Shown here piece after piece: positions 32,884-44,467 of a stretch of DNA of 64,000 nt. This DNA is from an uncultured candidatus Porisulfidus sp. Lineage in GTDB: Bacteria; Pseudomonadota; Gammaproteobacteria; Poriferisulfidales; Poriferisulfidaceae. Made by a program: the position numbers and the translations under genes. The notes beneath the pieces were generated by a model that worked only from the letters and a program-made list of their open reading frames with translations, searched no databases and was not told the origin of the DNA. Location of the stretch: assembly GCA_965116025.1 (NCBI GenBank), contig OZ220480.1, forward strand, positions 1-64,000, read 5' to 3'. Position 1 is the first letter of the stretch, and each line of letters begins with the position of its first letter.

Positions 32884-34350
32884 ATGACGCGAGCGACCCC
32901 CTTTTCCGCACGCGAAATACGGGCCGGGCTCTTGGGTCTGTTTCTCTTCGCGCACGGCGCTAGCCTCGCGCATTTCTATGACGATGTCATCGATGATTCC
33001 GAATTGCCCAGCGTCGGAGAGCCAGCCGACCGAGTCATGACCCAGGCCGAAGAAGCCTGGATCAAGAAATTCCTGAAAGCCCAGATATACGGAAGCATGC
33101 CGGTAAGCGAGGACCCGGAATCCAACGCCTACATCCAGAGCCTAGCGAATCGCATCCTGGAACGCGCCGCCATTGAGCAAGAATTCGAGTTGCTGATCGT
33201 GCGCAACAGGCAGGTCAACGCCTTCGCCATGCCTGGAGGGTTGCTCGCGTTCTATACGGGCCTGATCTCGAAAGCTCGAAACGAGAGCGAGCTGGCGGGC
33301 GTGGTCGCGCACGAGATGGCGCATGTCACGCAACGCCATCTGGCCCGAATGCGAGACCACAGCGGCTTCTCGAATCTCAGTCTCCTCGCCCTAGCGGGCA
33401 TGATCGTCGCCGGAGCCGCCCAGACTTCCGCGTTGTTGCCCGTCACCATATTGGGACAAGCCGCGGAAAAGCAGCGCTTCCTGAATTATTCGCGCGCGCA
33501 TGAGCAGGAAGCGGACCGCATAGCGACCCACTTTCTCGCGCAGTCGGGAATCGACCCGAACGGGGTCGCGAATTTCTTCGAGGTCCTGCTCAAGGCCTCC
33601 GACCAGCGGTACAGTGAGGATTTCGAGTATCTCAGCACCCACCCGGCGACTTCTTCCCGAATCGTGGAGGCGTGGGACCGGGCGAGGCAATACCAAGGCG
33701 TCTATATTCAAGACAGCGACATGTTCCAGTTCATTCGCCAGCGCATCATTTCCCTGCATACCCCCGCGCATGAAAGGCTGGAGCTGTTTCAGAGCCAACT
33801 GGCCGCGGGCCACGAGCCTGACGCTCCAGAACGGTATGGAGCGGTGGTGGCCCTGCAGAAGAATGGCGATCACGCCAAGGCTTTGGAGGAGCTTCGCGGC
33901 ATCAAGGTCGAGGCCCCGGGACCGCGCCTTCTGCTGGGTATGGCGGCCGCCGAATCGCGGAAACGCCTAGGGCGACTCGAGGAGGCCATCGCGGATCTGG
34001 AAGCACTGCACCGGGAAGCCCCTAGCCATACCGCGGTGGAATTCTATTTGGCCCAAGCCTATCTCGCGGATGGCAAACCCGACCAAGCGCTAAAACTAAT
34101 CCGCAAACGGGTCCGCCGAGGCATTCAGACTCCCCAGACCTATCGATTGCTGGCCGAAGCTGCCGACGCGACTGGCCAAGCGGTGATCTCGCATATCGCG
34201 TTGGCGGATCATTACCTCAGCAAATACCAGCTTCGGCAGGCGGCGTTGCAATTGGAAATCGCGGAAAAGCGCACCAAGGCGAACACGGCGAACCAAGCCA
34301 GGATCGACCACCGGCGTTCCGAAATCCTGACTATGGCGCAAGGGTTTTAG
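32884..34350 (+). CDS. bepA: M48 metalloprotease with TPRs (BepA/YfgC-like)
   Basis: Signal peptide, NAFAMPGG, AHEMAH, YSRAHEQEADR, LSTHP. Confidence 0.88.
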   Translation: MTRATPFSAREIRAGLLGLFLFAHGASLAHFYDDVIDDSELPSVGEPADRVMTQAEEAWIKKFLKAQIYGSMPVSEDPESNAYIQSLANRILERAAIEQEFELLIVRNRQVNAFAMPGGLLAFYTGLISKARNESELAGVVAHEMAHVTQRHLARMRDHSGFSNLSLLALAGMIVAGAAQTSALLPVTILGQAAEKQRFLNYSRAHEQEADRIATHFLAQSGIDPNGVANFFEVLLKASDQRYSEDFEYLSTHPATSSRIVEAWDRARQYQGVYIQDSDMFQFIRQRIISLHTPAHERLELFQSQLAAGHEPDAPERYGAVVALQKNGDHAKALEELRGIKVEAPGPRLLLGMAAAESRKRLGRLEEAIADLEALHREAPSHTAVEFYLAQAYLADGKPDQALKLIRKRVRRGIQTPQTYRLLAEAADATGQAVISHIALADHYLSKYQLRQAALQLEIAEKRTKANTANQARIDHRRSEILTMAQGF

Positions 34351-34373
34351 CGATCCTGCCGTACAATTAGCCT

Positions 34374-34841
34374 ATGAAAAGCTTTCCTCTATCAAGACTC
34401 TCGCGCCGGCTGTTTCTACAGGCTTGCGCTGCCTTGCCGGCTCTCGCCTTGGCTCGCCCGGCTTTCCCTGGCTTCTCCGACTGGTCGAAATCCTTTTCGG
34501 CGAATACGCTTGACGCGGCTCTAGCCGAGCTCGCGGACGGACAAGTCGTTCAAGACCATCCAGACATTGAGTTGGAAGTTCCCGACATAGCCGAGGACAG
34601 TGGAAAGGTGCCGATCCAAGTCCGCGCCCCTCTTCCTGGAGTCGAGAGGATCAGCGTCTTGATTGAAGCCAACCCGGTCCCGCTAATCTCCATCGCTCAT
34701 ATCCAGAAGCGAACCGAGCCTTTCGTCTCGCTACGCGTCAAGATGCGGGAGACCTCGCGCGTCATCGCGCTAGCGCACACGTCTAACGGAATCTTTCAAA
34801 AAGCGCGAAAAGTCGAGGTCACCGCGGGCGGTTGCGCGTAA
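34374..34841 (+). CDS. soxY: SoxY-like sulfur carrier
   Basis: Tat motif SRRLFL, PDIAED, RVKMRETS, C-terminal VTAGGCA swinging arm. Confidence 0.88.
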   Translation: MKSFPLSRLSRRLFLQACAALPALALARPAFPGFSDWSKSFSANTLDAALAELADGQVVQDHPDIELEVPDIAEDSGKVPIQVRAPLPGVERISVLIEANPVPLISIAHIQKRTEPFVSLRVKMRETSRVIALAHTSNGIFQKARKVEVTAGGCA

Positions 34842-34911
34842 GCGCGACCTTGTGATCCAGACCGATCAAATCGAACGCGGTCCCGGGCGGGAATGCGCCC
34901 CCTCGCCACGA

Positions 34912-36036
34912 TCACTTGACCACGCCAGCTAGCGTCCTCGGCGTAGGAGCGAAATCCGGCGAGATCGCCTTGGCCGGACAAACCTCTATGCAGGCGTAGC
35001 AACGGATGCATTCCTTCTCGTTGATATAGAGCGTGTTGTAGTACAGCCCGGCCGTCTCGGCCGGCTCGACCTGTCCATATTCCATGGTGCCCGGGGCGCC
35101 GCCATCCGCTGGGCGCAGACTCGCGGCCTCCACGATGCAGTGCTCCACCGGCTTGACCATGAGGCATTCGTCACACAGCACGCACTTGGAGTTGTCGATC
35201 ACCGGGACTGGCGACCGGGCATCCTCGAATTTGTCGTAGAAAATATTCTCGCTCGACAGACCAGCTTTTCGTAGCACCGCGATGCCAGCATCAATCATCG
35301 GAGGCGGGCCGCAGAAATACGCTTTCATCCGGTTGATGCTGACCTGTCCGCTCGCCAAATAGTGTCGCTTGAAGTAGTCCGTGACGAGTCCGCGTCCGCC
35401 GGACCAATCGGAGCCCTCTGGCTCCTCGTTGAGCACTTGGTGGAATTTCAGCACGTAGTCCGGGTGCCAGCGCCTCTGCAACGCCTCGACCTCCTCCTTC
35501 AGATACAGATCCCGTTGCGTGCGAGCACCGTAGAAGAAGTAGCAGTTCCGGGCGACCTGAAGATTCGCGGCATGCTCAATGATGGCGAAGACCGCGCTCA
35601 TGCCGGAGCCGCCCGCGATGCAGACCATGTCCTCCCGAGACGGATCGAGCTTGAACTTTCCAAGCGGCCCCGATAGCGTTACTTCCTCTCCGGTTCGATC
35701 CCCTCCCGCCAACCAGGCGGACAATTCTCCTCCCGGCACTAGACGTATAAAGAACGTATGCTCTCCCGGGTTTTCCGACTCTGGAGCGCGGGCGAAAGAA
35801 TAAGGGCGCGGCTTGCGAATGCCTGGGACACGAATCGTCCAGAACTGTCCCGCCTCTCCGACCCGCAATTCCTCGTCGTGGTCGCACTGAACGATGATCT
35901 CGTAGGTATCGTGCGTCAAGCTGCGCATGCTCTTGACCTTGCCTTCCCGGTATCCAACGCGCAGAGTCTGGATATGGCGATCCGGTTTTGGCAGGGCCAG
36001 CGGATCCCGGTAACTTTCCAACATTTCCTGTGCCAT
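34912..36036 (-). CDS. FAD/NAD(P)H oxidoreductase with C-terminal 4Fe-4S dicluster domain
   Basis: RPYSFA, GPLGKF, IAGGSGM, YFCGPPPMI, then CVLCDEC and CIRCYACIEVCP. Confidence 0.88.
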   Translation of the reverse strand: MAQEMLESYRDPLALPKPDRHIQTLRVGYREGKVKSMRSLTHDTYEIIVQCDHDEELRVGEAGQFWTIRVPGIRKPRPYSFARAPESENPGEHTFFIRLVPGGELSAWLAGGDRTGEEVTLSGPLGKFKLDPSREDMVCIAGGSGMSAVFAIIEHAANLQVARNCYFFYGARTQRDLYLKEEVEALQRRWHPDYVLKFHQVLNEEPEGSDWSGGRGLVTDYFKRHYLASGQVSINRMKAYFCGPPPMIDAGIAVLRKAGLSSENIFYDKFEDARSPVPVIDNSKCVLCDECLMVKPVEHCIVEAASLRPADGGAPGTMEYGQVEPAETAGLYYNTLYINEKECIRCYACIEVCPAKAISPDFAPTPRTLAGVVK

Positions 36037-38327
36037 CAGTTGAAGACCTCCGGATGCTCCTGCTTGGCGTATTCGAGAATCTGCTCATCGGTCGCGTCGG
36101 CGCCACGATTCTTGTTGCGCCAGGCCGCGATATAGCCTTCCAGGCCCCCGAGCTCCTCAAGGCGAGTCTTCTTGGTGGTTTCCGGATCCGCCTTCTCGAT
36201 CTCAGCCAAGCAAGAATAGAACGTCGGGCTCATACCGAAGTCGGTCAGCATCTCCGAATTCAGGGCATTCACGTTCACCCCACCAGGAGTGTTGCTTCCC
36301 TTGAACTGCTTCTGCGTCGCGCACACGCCGTCGAGCAGTCCCTTGATGATGACCGCGTAGCAGTACGTCTCGCCCCGGTCGTTGTATAGGCGCACCAGAT
36401 CCCCGTCTTCAATGCCGCGTTCTCGGGCGTCATTGGGACTCATCTCCACGGTGGGCCTCGACATCATCGCCTGCAATCTCGGCACCGACTGGAACGAATC
36501 GCCAATGAAATAGTGGGCGGCGGAACTCAACACCTGAATGGGATAGCTCTCGCGTTTCGGATCCTCCTGTCCCTCCACTTCCGGGTTGTAGGTAGGCAAC
36601 GGGTCTTGTCCCTGCTCCGCCAGCGTCTGGCTGAAGATCTCGATTTTCTTGCTCCCGGTCGGCCAACCGTTATGCAGGAAATCCCGTCGCTTGGACTTGT
36701 CGCTGGCGCGCGCCCAGCCGTTCTTCTCCAGCTGTTCGTACGTGATCCCCTCCATAAGAGGGTTGACCTCCTCGTCGAACAAAATGTCGCGGATCATCTC
36801 CTCGTCGGTCTGGGTGAACGCGTTGTCGCCCTCTTCCACATATCCCATCTTTCGCGCCATGCGACGGAACAGCTCGGTATTGGAGCAACTCTCGCCCAGC
36901 GGCTCAATCACCGCCTTGTTCATGTTGAAGTGCCAGTGGCCATAGGCCGCGTGCAGGTCCATACGCTCGAACTGCGTGTCCGCCGGGAGCACCACGTCCG
37001 CGTAGTTGCAGGTGTCCGTCCAGAACGTGTCGTGCACCGCCACGAACAGATCGTCACGCATCAGTCCACGCCGCACGTTGCCGGAGTTCGGCGCGCAATT
37101 CGCCGGGTCCGAGTTGTATACGAAGATCGACTTGATCGGCGGATCCATCGGCTTATCGTCGGAGCCAATGTTGTCGGCGAGGGCGCGACCGATCTGCACC
37201 ATGTTCACGATCCGCTTCTCGGGCCGGTTGCCGAGATCCGGGCGCTGCAGCTTGGGCAGGTTGAATTGCAGCCACATCTCTTCCAACGTGCCGAACGCGG
37301 CCCCACCGTTCGGCTCGCGCCAAGCGCCGGTGAGGCAAGGCATCACCAAGACGGCCCGGCAGGTCTGCCCAGAGTTCTGGTGACGATTGAGTCCGTAGTT
37401 GGCCCGGATGAAGGACTTCTTCGCCTTTCCATACATCAAGCCGAACTTCTCTATGTCCGCCTCCGACAAACCCGTGATCTCCGATACCCTTTCGAGCGGA
37501 TACTCGGGAAGCTTCTCGCTGATGAATTGCTCCCAACCTATCGTCTGCTCGCGCAGAAACGCCTCGTCGTGCAAGCCGTTGTCCACGATGACCTTCATCG
37601 CGCCAAGCGCTAGCGCGGCATCGGTTCCGGGGCGCGGCTGGATGTGCCAGTCCGCCATCATGGTCGTCCGGGTGACCCTAGGGTCAATGACGATCAGCTT
37701 GCAACCTCGCTCCTGGGCCTCGCGTATGAACGGGATCGCGTGCACCCCCGTGCTGACGAGGTTGGCCCCCCACAGGACGATCAGCTCCGCGTCCTGGGCG
37801 GCGTCGTGAATGGCCGGCCCGTTGGCCACGCCATACGTATGGATGCCAGCCCACATCGCGGCATAGATGCAGATGGATTGCTCCAATCGGGCGGCCTCCA
37901 TCTTGTTCCAGAAGCGCTGGTCCATAGCCCAATAGTTGAGCATGCCCAAAGTGCCAGAATACGAATACGGCTGCACGGCCTCGGAACCATGCTCGGCGAT
38001 CACTTTTTTGAAGTTTTCGGTGACCATATCCAGCGCCTCGTCCCAACTGATGCGCTCGAACTTCGCGCCCGGACCCCTGGAACCAACTCGCTTGTGCGGA
38101 TACAGCACCCGGTTGTCGTTGTAGACAAGATCCAGGTAGTGGTTCACCTTGTTACACAAATAGCCCCGCGTCACCGGATGGGTGGGATCACCTTGCACCC
38201 GGACCGCGCGGCCTGTGCTATCGTCTCGGGTCACGAGCATGGAGCAGGTGTCCGGACAGTCGTGCGGGCAACACACGTGATGCAGAGAGTGCCCGTCGGG
38301 AACCTTGATTTTTGAAACTTGCGTCAT
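36036..38327 (-). CDS. DMSO-reductase-family molybdopterin oxidoreductase, cytoplasmic
   Basis: CPHDCPDTC..GYLCNK Fe-S motif, RISWDEAL, PRPGTDAALA, ADVVLPA; no Tat signal. Confidence 0.9.
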   Translation of the reverse strand: MTQVSKIKVPDGHSLHHVCCPHDCPDTCSMLVTRDDSTGRAVRVQGDPTHPVTRGYLCNKVNHYLDLVYNDNRVLYPHKRVGSRGPGAKFERISWDEALDMVTENFKKVIAEHGSEAVQPYSYSGTLGMLNYWAMDQRFWNKMEAARLEQSICIYAAMWAGIHTYGVANGPAIHDAAQDAELIVLWGANLVSTGVHAIPFIREAQERGCKLIVIDPRVTRTTMMADWHIQPRPGTDAALALGAMKVIVDNGLHDEAFLREQTIGWEQFISEKLPEYPLERVSEITGLSEADIEKFGLMYGKAKKSFIRANYGLNRHQNSGQTCRAVLVMPCLTGAWREPNGGAAFGTLEEMWLQFNLPKLQRPDLGNRPEKRIVNMVQIGRALADNIGSDDKPMDPPIKSIFVYNSDPANCAPNSGNVRRGLMRDDLFVAVHDTFWTDTCNYADVVLPADTQFERMDLHAAYGHWHFNMNKAVIEPLGESCSNTELFRRMARKMGYVEEGDNAFTQTDEEMIRDILFDEEVNPLMEGITYEQLEKNGWARASDKSKRRDFLHNGWPTGSKKIEIFSQTLAEQGQDPLPTYNPEVEGQEDPKRESYPIQVLSSAAHYFIGDSFQSVPRLQAMMSRPTVEMSPNDARERGIEDGDLVRLYNDRGETYCYAVIIKGLLDGVCATQKQFKGSNTPGGVNVNALNSEMLTDFGMSPTFYSCLAEIEKADPETTKKTRLEELGGLEGYIAAWRNKNRGADATDEQILEYAKQEHPEVFN

Positions 38328-38659
38328 GAGCCTTCCTCGAAAATCTCGCGGCAGGAACGTTGCCTCGAACCCTTCAAATTATACACAAACGAGTTAGGGA
38401 TTTATCCCCGATTTCCGAGCTAACGCCGATTTTTGGGAAATTTCTGAATGATCTTTCGCTTTCACGGATGCGCCAGTCGGATTCGAGGCGATGCCAAGGC
38501 CAGGTTCGGGTGAATTTTCACGGTCAAAGCTCGGATTCCACCCGATTCTCGAGAGCATGGCTTGGGCTGCGCGCGCGGCTTATGCGGGCCGCGTCTTCCG
38601 AATGGCGCTGGCGGATCACCGATTCGCGCTCTTGATCAATGCGCGATCAGGGAGGGAAG

Positions 38660-38736
38660 TGGTGGGTCGTGCAGGGATCGAACCTGCGACCAACGGATTA
38701 AAAGTCCGGTGCTCTACCTGGCTGAGCTAACGACCC
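38660..38736 (-). tRNA. tRNA-Lys(TTT)
   Basis: GGGTCGTTAGCTCAG..GACTTTTAATCC..GGTTCGATCC..CGACCCACCA, 77 nt with encoded CCA. Confidence 0.97.
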
Positions 38737-38748
38737 AGGATTCTTCAG

Positions 38749-39978
38749 CTATATCGCTTCATGGCGGCGCCATTTCCCGGGCGCCAAGCGCAAATCGGCC
38801 ATTCCGGCGATCAGGGCGCTTCCCCAACTCGCCTCGTCCTCGTAGACCATTTTGTAGTATTGAGCCTTCATCGTCAACGCGCTGCCCAAGCAGATGCTGG
38901 CGAAGGTCAGGAAAGACCCCATCGCCAGCGTGGAGACTCCAGAGACCGCTTGCCCGATCGTGCAGCCGATCGACAGCACTCCGCCGAAGCCCATCAGCAA
39001 CCCTCCAGCCGCATGCCTCACCGCGTCACCAGCCGACTGGAACCACTCCAACCGCAACCGCCGCGAGAGCGACGCGTACAAAAAAGCCCCAGCGATCACT
39101 CCGGCCCCCGCCACTAGGGCGAAGCTCACGAAGCGGCTGGAAAACCCGGTCTCCAAGTAACGGATCAGGACCGCCGCCGGCTGCACGAAAGTCAGCGACT
39201 GGGCTCCCACCCCGTACGGCTGCTCATCGCCTTCCAGAAAAGCGACCTCCTCGATCAATTCCTGCCCCATGCTCCCGGCCGTCACGTACCAGGCCGCCAC
39301 CACGCATAGCCCCAGCGCGACTCCGGCCAGCACGTTGTCTCGGCTCTTGACGAAATCGGGCGAGCGCAACGTCCATACCAGCATCAGGCCCGCGACGAGC
39401 AGGCCGATGGCGAGCATGACCACTGGCGTCGGCAATCCCAACGGCGCGGAGATGACCGCTCCCAGGGACTGGTCCGCGATTCCTAAGCTCCGAAGATCAA
39501 TGAAAGCCGGTTGCATCCATCGCAGGAACGCGTGGTAGCCGAAATTGGTGAAGATCATCAGATAGCCGGCGATCCCCATCGCCAGCAACACCACCACCGA
39601 CTTCAGGTTGCCTCCGCCGACGCGCACCATGGTGCGGTTCCCGCAGCCAGAGCCTATCGTCATGCCCACGCCAAACAAAAGTCCGCCGACGAGGAAGCGC
39701 GGCCAAGGAAACAGGGCGGCGCGATATGGGGGCCGCCCGGTTTCCGCGCTCTCGGTCAGGCTCATGTCCGCCAAGCCCAAGTACTCGAGGATGGCCACCC
39801 CCAGCACCGCCACCGCCATGCCGAGCACCCAAGCCCGCATGCGCCCGGAATCGCCGATGTTGACGAGGTCCGACACGGCCCCCATCGTGCAGAAATTCGT
39901 CTTGTAGGCGACCGCCCCCAAGACCGCGGCGATCAGAAAGCTGGCAAGCAGAACCTGGCGGTAGATTTCAAGTTCCAT
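38749..39978 (-). CDS. YeeE/YedE family sulfur-compound transporter
   Basis: [32 protein letters not shown]; multiple TM helices. Confidence 0.9.
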   Translation of the reverse strand: MELEIYRQVLLASFLIAAVLGAVAYKTNFCTMGAVSDLVNIGDSGRMRAWVLGMAVAVLGVAILEYLGLADMSLTESAETGRPPYRAALFPWPRFLVGGLLFGVGMTIGSGCGNRTMVRVGGGNLKSVVVLLAMGIAGYLMIFTNFGYHAFLRWMQPAFIDLRSLGIADQSLGAVISAPLGLPTPVVMLAIGLLVAGLMLVWTLRSPDFVKSRDNVLAGVALGLCVVAAWYVTAGSMGQELIEEVAFLEGDEQPYGVGAQSLTFVQPAAVLIRYLETGFSSRFVSFALVAGAGVIAGAFLYASLSRRLRLEWFQSAGDAVRHAAGGLLMGFGGVLSIGCTIGQAVSGVSTLAMGSFLTFASICLGSALTMKAQYYKMVYEDEASWGSALIAGMADLRLAPGKWRRHEAI

Positions 39979-40129
39979 ATTCGCGTTCGCGCGTTTCGCG
40001 GGGTGGTCAATTGTACAACGGGACGCGCTCACCCCCTGCGCGCGAAGCCTGATCGGCGGCGCGCGGAATCCAAACGTCAGGAAATCCGGTTTAAACTATA
40101 GAGAAGCCCACTTTCATGGAAGACTCGAG

Positions 40130-42937
40130 ATGGAGCGCATCCGGATTCGCGGAGCGCGGACGCACAACCTCGCCGACATCGATCTGGATATCCCCCGCGA
40201 CCGGCTGACCGTGATCACCGGCCTGTCTGGCTCTGGCAAGTCCTCGCTCGCCTTCGACACCATTTTCGCCGAAGGACAGCGCCGTTATGTCGAGTCGCTG
40301 TCGGCCTACGCGCGGCAGTTCCTCGCGCGCATGGAGAAACCCGACGTGGACAGCATCGAGGGCCTGTCCCCCTCCATCTCGATCGAGCAGAAAAGCGCCT
40401 CGCACAACCCCCGCTCCACGGTCGGCACGATCACCGAGATTCACGACTATCTGCGTCTGCTGTACGCCCGGGTCGGGATCCCCCGGTGTCCGCGTCACCA
40501 CCATGATCTGCAAGCTCAGACCGTCACCGAGATGACGGATCACGTGCAGTCACTGCCCAAGGGCCGGCGCGTCATGATTCTCGCGCCGGTCGCGCGCGAC
40601 CGGAAAGGGGAGCACCATGAGACGTTGCGGGCGTTGCGGGCACAGGGCTTTCTACGCGCGCGCATCGACGGCGTGGTGCGCGAGCTGGACGAGTCGATCC
40701 ATCTGAAGCTTCGCCAAAAGCACACGATCGAGGTCGTCGTCGACCGCCTCAAGATACGTGACGGCATTCGGGCCCGAATCGCCGAATCTTTCGAGACCGC
40801 GCTACGACTGACGCAGGGAACCGCGCGCGTGGTCAACATGGATGGCGACACCATCGACGAGACCTTCTCCAGCCAGTACGCATGTCCAGAGTGCGGCTAT
40901 AGCCTGAACGAGCTGGAGCCTCGTCTTTTCTCCTTCAACAGTCCGGTCGGCGCATGCGACGAGTGCGATGGCTTGGGGGTGCAGATGTTCTTCGACAAGA
41001 CCAAGATCATTCATGCCGACCGATCTTTGCGCCATGGGGCGATCCGGGGCTGGGACGCGCGGAACACCGCGTACTTTCGGATGATCCAGACCCTGGCGCG
41101 CCACTACAATTTTTCCGTTGATCAGCAATTCCAGAACTTGCCACGCTCGGCGCGCGAGATCATTCTGTACGGGTCCAAGGGCGAATCCCTTCCCTTCGAG
41201 TACACTGATGTCCGTGGCCGGCGGGCACGTTCCACGCATCCGTTCGAGGGCGTGATTCCGAACATGGAGCGGCGGTTCCACGCCACGAGCTCCGCCGCCG
41301 TGCGCGATGAGCTGTCGAACTACCGTAGTCAGCACGCCTGTCCTGCCTGCGAGGGAGAGCGGCTGTGCGAGGCCGCGCGCAACGTCTTCATCAACGACAC
41401 CTCCTTGCCTCGGCTTCTGCGCTTGCCCATCGCCGAGGCGTTCGAGTTCTTCGAGAAAATGGATCTGCAGGGGTACCGAGCCCAAATCGCCTCGAAAATC
41501 GTCTCCGAGATCAGCCAGCGCCTTCGCTTCCTGATTGATGTCGGCCTGGAGTACCTCAGCCTCGAGCGTCGGGCGGAAACCCTTTCTGGAGGAGAGGCGC
41601 AACGTATCCGCCTGGCCAGCCAGGTCGGGGCCGGGCTGGTCGGCGTCACCTACATCCTGGACGAGCCATCCATCGGACTGCATCAACGAGACAACGGCAG
41701 ATTGCTCAAGACGCTCACCCGCCTGCGCGACATCGGAAACACCGTGATCGTCGTGGAACACGACGAGAGCGCCATGCGCAACGCCGATCATCTGATCGAC
41801 CTGGGACCGGGCGCGGGAGTCCACGGAGGGCGAATCGTCGCCGAGGGCTCGCCAGAGCAAGTCGCCCAGAACGTAGACTCGCTGACCGGCCAGTATCTTT
41901 CCGGCCAGCAAAAGATCGAGATTCCCGCGCGACGGACGCGCGCCAAAAAGGACCGCCGACTAGTCATTCGCAAAGCGTCAGGCAACAATCTGCGCGACCT
42001 CGACGTATCCATTCCCATCGGGCTGCTCACCTGCGTCACCGGCGTGTCCGGGTCCGGCAAGTCCACGCTGGTGAATGACACGCTGTACGGCCAGGCGGTT
42101 CGCCCGAAAGACCAGATTCCCGGTCCGTGCGAGAGATTGGAGGGAATGGCCCTGATAGACAAGGTCATCCGTATCGACCAGAGCCCCATCGGGCGGACGC
42201 CGCGCTCGAACGCGGCCACCTATACCGGCCTGTTCGGCCCGGTGCGGGATCTGTTCGCGTCGACCGAGGAGGCGCGCGCTCGGGGCTACGCCCCCGGACG
42301 GTTCAGTTTCAACGTGCGCGGCGGCCGGTGCGAGGCATGCCAAGGCGACGGCGTCATCAAAGTCGAAATGCATTTTCTTCCCGACGTCTACGTCCCCTGC
42401 GACATCTGCGGAGGGCTGCGCTACAACAGGGAAACCCTGGACATCCGCTACAAGGGAAAGAACATCGCTGAGGTTCTCGACATGACGGTCGAGACGGCCA
42501 TCGAATTCTTCCAGAACGTTCCCGTGGTGAGTCGAAAGCTTGACACGTTGGCTCAAGTCGGGCTGTCCTATCTGCGATTGGGACAAAGCGCCACGACTCT
42601 ATCGGGGGGAGAGGCCCAACGTATCAAACTGTCGCGCGAGCTGTCCAAGCGAGGAACCGGAAAAACCCTATACATCTTGGACGAGCCGACCACCGGGCTG
42701 CACTTCCACGACATCAAGCTGTTGCTACGGGTCCTGCATCAGTTGCGAGATTTGGGGAACACCGTGATCGTGATCGAGCACAACCTGGACGTAATAAAGA
42801 CCGCGGACTGGATCATCGATCTGGGACCAGAGGGAGGCCAAGCGGGGGGAGAGATCGTCGCCGAGGGCACGCCAGAGCAGGTCGCCCGCAACAAACGGTC
42901 TCATACCGGGAAATTCCTCGCCGCGACGCTGAAATGA
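40130..42937 (+). CDS. uvrA: Excinuclease ABC subunit A
   Basis: GARTHNL, two Walker A motifs, two LSGGEAQR, Zn fingers. Confidence 0.98.
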   Translation: MERIRIRGARTHNLADIDLDIPRDRLTVITGLSGSGKSSLAFDTIFAEGQRRYVESLSAYARQFLARMEKPDVDSIEGLSPSISIEQKSASHNPRSTVGTITEIHDYLRLLYARVGIPRCPRHHHDLQAQTVTEMTDHVQSLPKGRRVMILAPVARDRKGEHHETLRALRAQGFLRARIDGVVRELDESIHLKLRQKHTIEVVVDRLKIRDGIRARIAESFETALRLTQGTARVVNMDGDTIDETFSSQYACPECGYSLNELEPRLFSFNSPVGACDECDGLGVQMFFDKTKIIHADRSLRHGAIRGWDARNTAYFRMIQTLARHYNFSVDQQFQNLPRSAREIILYGSKGESLPFEYTDVRGRRARSTHPFEGVIPNMERRFHATSSAAVRDELSNYRSQHACPACEGERLCEAARNVFINDTSLPRLLRLPIAEAFEFFEKMDLQGYRAQIASKIVSEISQRLRFLIDVGLEYLSLERRAETLSGGEAQRIRLASQVGAGLVGVTYILDEPSIGLHQRDNGRLLKTLTRLRDIGNTVIVVEHDESAMRNADHLIDLGPGAGVHGGRIVAEGSPEQVAQNVDSLTGQYLSGQQKIEIPARRTRAKKDRRLVIRKASGNNLRDLDVSIPIGLLTCVTGVSGSGKSTLVNDTLYGQAVRPKDQIPGPCERLEGMALIDKVIRIDQSPIGRTPRSNAATYTGLFGPVRDLFASTEEARARGYAPGRFSFNVRGGRCEACQGDGVIKVEMHFLPDVYVPCDICGGLRYNRETLDIRYKGKNIAEVLDMTVETAIEFFQNVPVVSRKLDTLAQVGLSYLRLGQSATTLSGGEAQRIKLSRELSKRGTGKTLYILDEPTTGLHFHDIKLLLRVLHQLRDLGNTVIVIEHNLDVIKTADWIIDLGPEGGQAGGEIVAEGTPEQVARNKRSHTGKFLAATLK

Positions 42938-42997
42938 GAGTCGGCGAGCGGCTTTTGGTCGCTCTTCCGAACCAGCGCTTCGCCGGTGAGGGTTCCG

Positions 42998-43423
42998 TTA
43001 CGGGAGCTGAAGCTTGGGCGTCTCGGCCGCGGCGGGAATAGATGTCGGCGAATCGCTCAGGGCTCTTTCCCGCTCCACCAGCTCGACGTACGCCATCGGA
43101 GCGTTGTCTCCCGGGCGATAGCCATTCTTGAGGACTCGCAAGTAGCCGCCGGGACGATCCCGATACTTAGGGCCCAGCGTCGCGAACAGTTTCGAGACCA
43201 CCTCCCGATCACGCAACTTGTCGAACGCACGTCGGCGGCGAGCCAACGTATCCTCTCCAGCCAACGTGATCAGGGGCTCGACGATCCGGCGCAGCTCCTT
43301 GGCCTTTGGCAAGGTCGTGCGGATCCCCTCGTGCCGCAACAGCGACACGGCCATATTGCGGAACATCGCCCGGCGATGCGCCGAATCGCGGTTCAGGCGG
43401 CGGCCCGCCTTCCGGTGACGCAT
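42998..43423 (-). CDS. rplQ: 50S ribosomal protein L17
   Basis: [22 protein letters not shown]. Confidence 0.97.
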   Translation of the reverse strand: MRHRKAGRRLNRDSAHRRAMFRNMAVSLLRHEGIRTTLPKAKELRRIVEPLITLAGEDTLARRRRAFDKLRDREVVSKLFATLGPKYRDRPGGYLRVLKNGYRPGDNAPMAYVELVERERALSDSPTSIPAAAETPKLQLP

Positions 43424-43433
43424 GGCGAGGCCC

Positions 43434-44447
43434 TCAGAATAGCGGCGTGCGTCCGCGCACCAAATCCGCGGGCGGCCAATTCTCTATCGTCATGCCCAGC
43501 GTCAGCTCGCGCTTCGCCAGAGCCTGTATGATTTCCGAGACGGTCTTGATCCCGATGTTCGGGGTCTGCTTCATCAGCTCGTCCTCGCTCTTCTGCACCA
43601 GATCGCCCACGAAGAATATGCTTTCCTGCTTGAGGTTGTTGATCGAGCGCACGCCCAGTTCCAACTCGTCGATCGGCAACTTGAAGACCGGATTGACCTC
43701 GGTCACGCGCGTCTGCACCGGGCGCGCGACCTCGCCTTCCAACCCGACCAGCACCGACAGTTGCTCGCTCAGAATCACCGCGGCCATGCGGATGATCTCT
43801 TCCGGCTCCACCGTGCCGTTGGTCTCCAGGGTCAGCACCAGCCGGTCCAAGTCCGTGCGCCGTTCCACGCGGGTATTCTCCACGTGGTAGGCCACCCGAC
43901 GGATCGGGCTGAAGCTAGCGTCCAGCAACAGGGATCCAATGGCGTGCTCCTGATCGTCGCGCCGCCGGACCGGCACCGGGACGTAGCCGCGACCCCGCTC
44001 GACCTTCATCGTCATGTCCAGCGAGCCGTTCTTGGCCAAGCGCGCGATCACGTGCTCTGGATTGGCGATCTCGACATCATGACCCAACTCGATATCGCCA
44101 GCGCGCACGATCCGTTCGCCGCCATCACCCTCCGCGCCACTCTCGCGCAGGCGCAACTCGGTCTTGACTCGCTCATGCATGCGGATGGCGACGCCCTTGA
44201 GATTCAGCAAGATGTCTACCACGTCTTCCTGCACTCCGTCAATCGTGTCGTATTCATGATTGACGCCCTCGATCTCAACCTCGGTGATGGCCGAGCCTGG
44301 GATGGAGGACAATAGGACCCGGCGCAACGCGTTCCCCAGCGTATGCCCGAATCCGCGCTCCATCGGCTCCAGCACCACGCGCGCCTCGCGTCCGGCCGTG
44401 TACTTGGCTTCCACCACGCGCGGCACCATCAACTCACTGCTCAGCAT
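43434..44447 (-). CDS. rpoA: RNA polymerase alpha subunit
   Basis: [29 protein letters not shown]. Confidence 0.97.
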   Translation of the reverse strand: MLSSELMVPRVVEAKYTAGREARVVLEPMERGFGHTLGNALRRVLLSSIPGSAITEVEIEGVNHEYDTIDGVQEDVVDILLNLKGVAIRMHERVKTELRLRESGAEGDGGERIVRAGDIELGHDVEIANPEHVIARLAKNGSLDMTMKVERGRGYVPVPVRRRDDQEHAIGSLLLDASFSPIRRVAYHVENTRVERRTDLDRLVLTLETNGTVEPEEIIRMAAVILSEQLSVLVGLEGEVARPVQTRVTEVNPVFKLPIDELELGVRSINNLKQESIFFVGDLVQKSEDELMKQTPNIGIKTVSEIIQALAKRELTLGMTIENWPPADLVRGRTPLF

Positions 44448-44467
44448 TCTTCCCGTCCTCTTCCGGA

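Noticed and set aside
34850-38736. Genomic island integrated at tRNA-Lys carrying the molybdoenzyme
   Set aside because: No integrase and no duplicated tRNA 3' end seen
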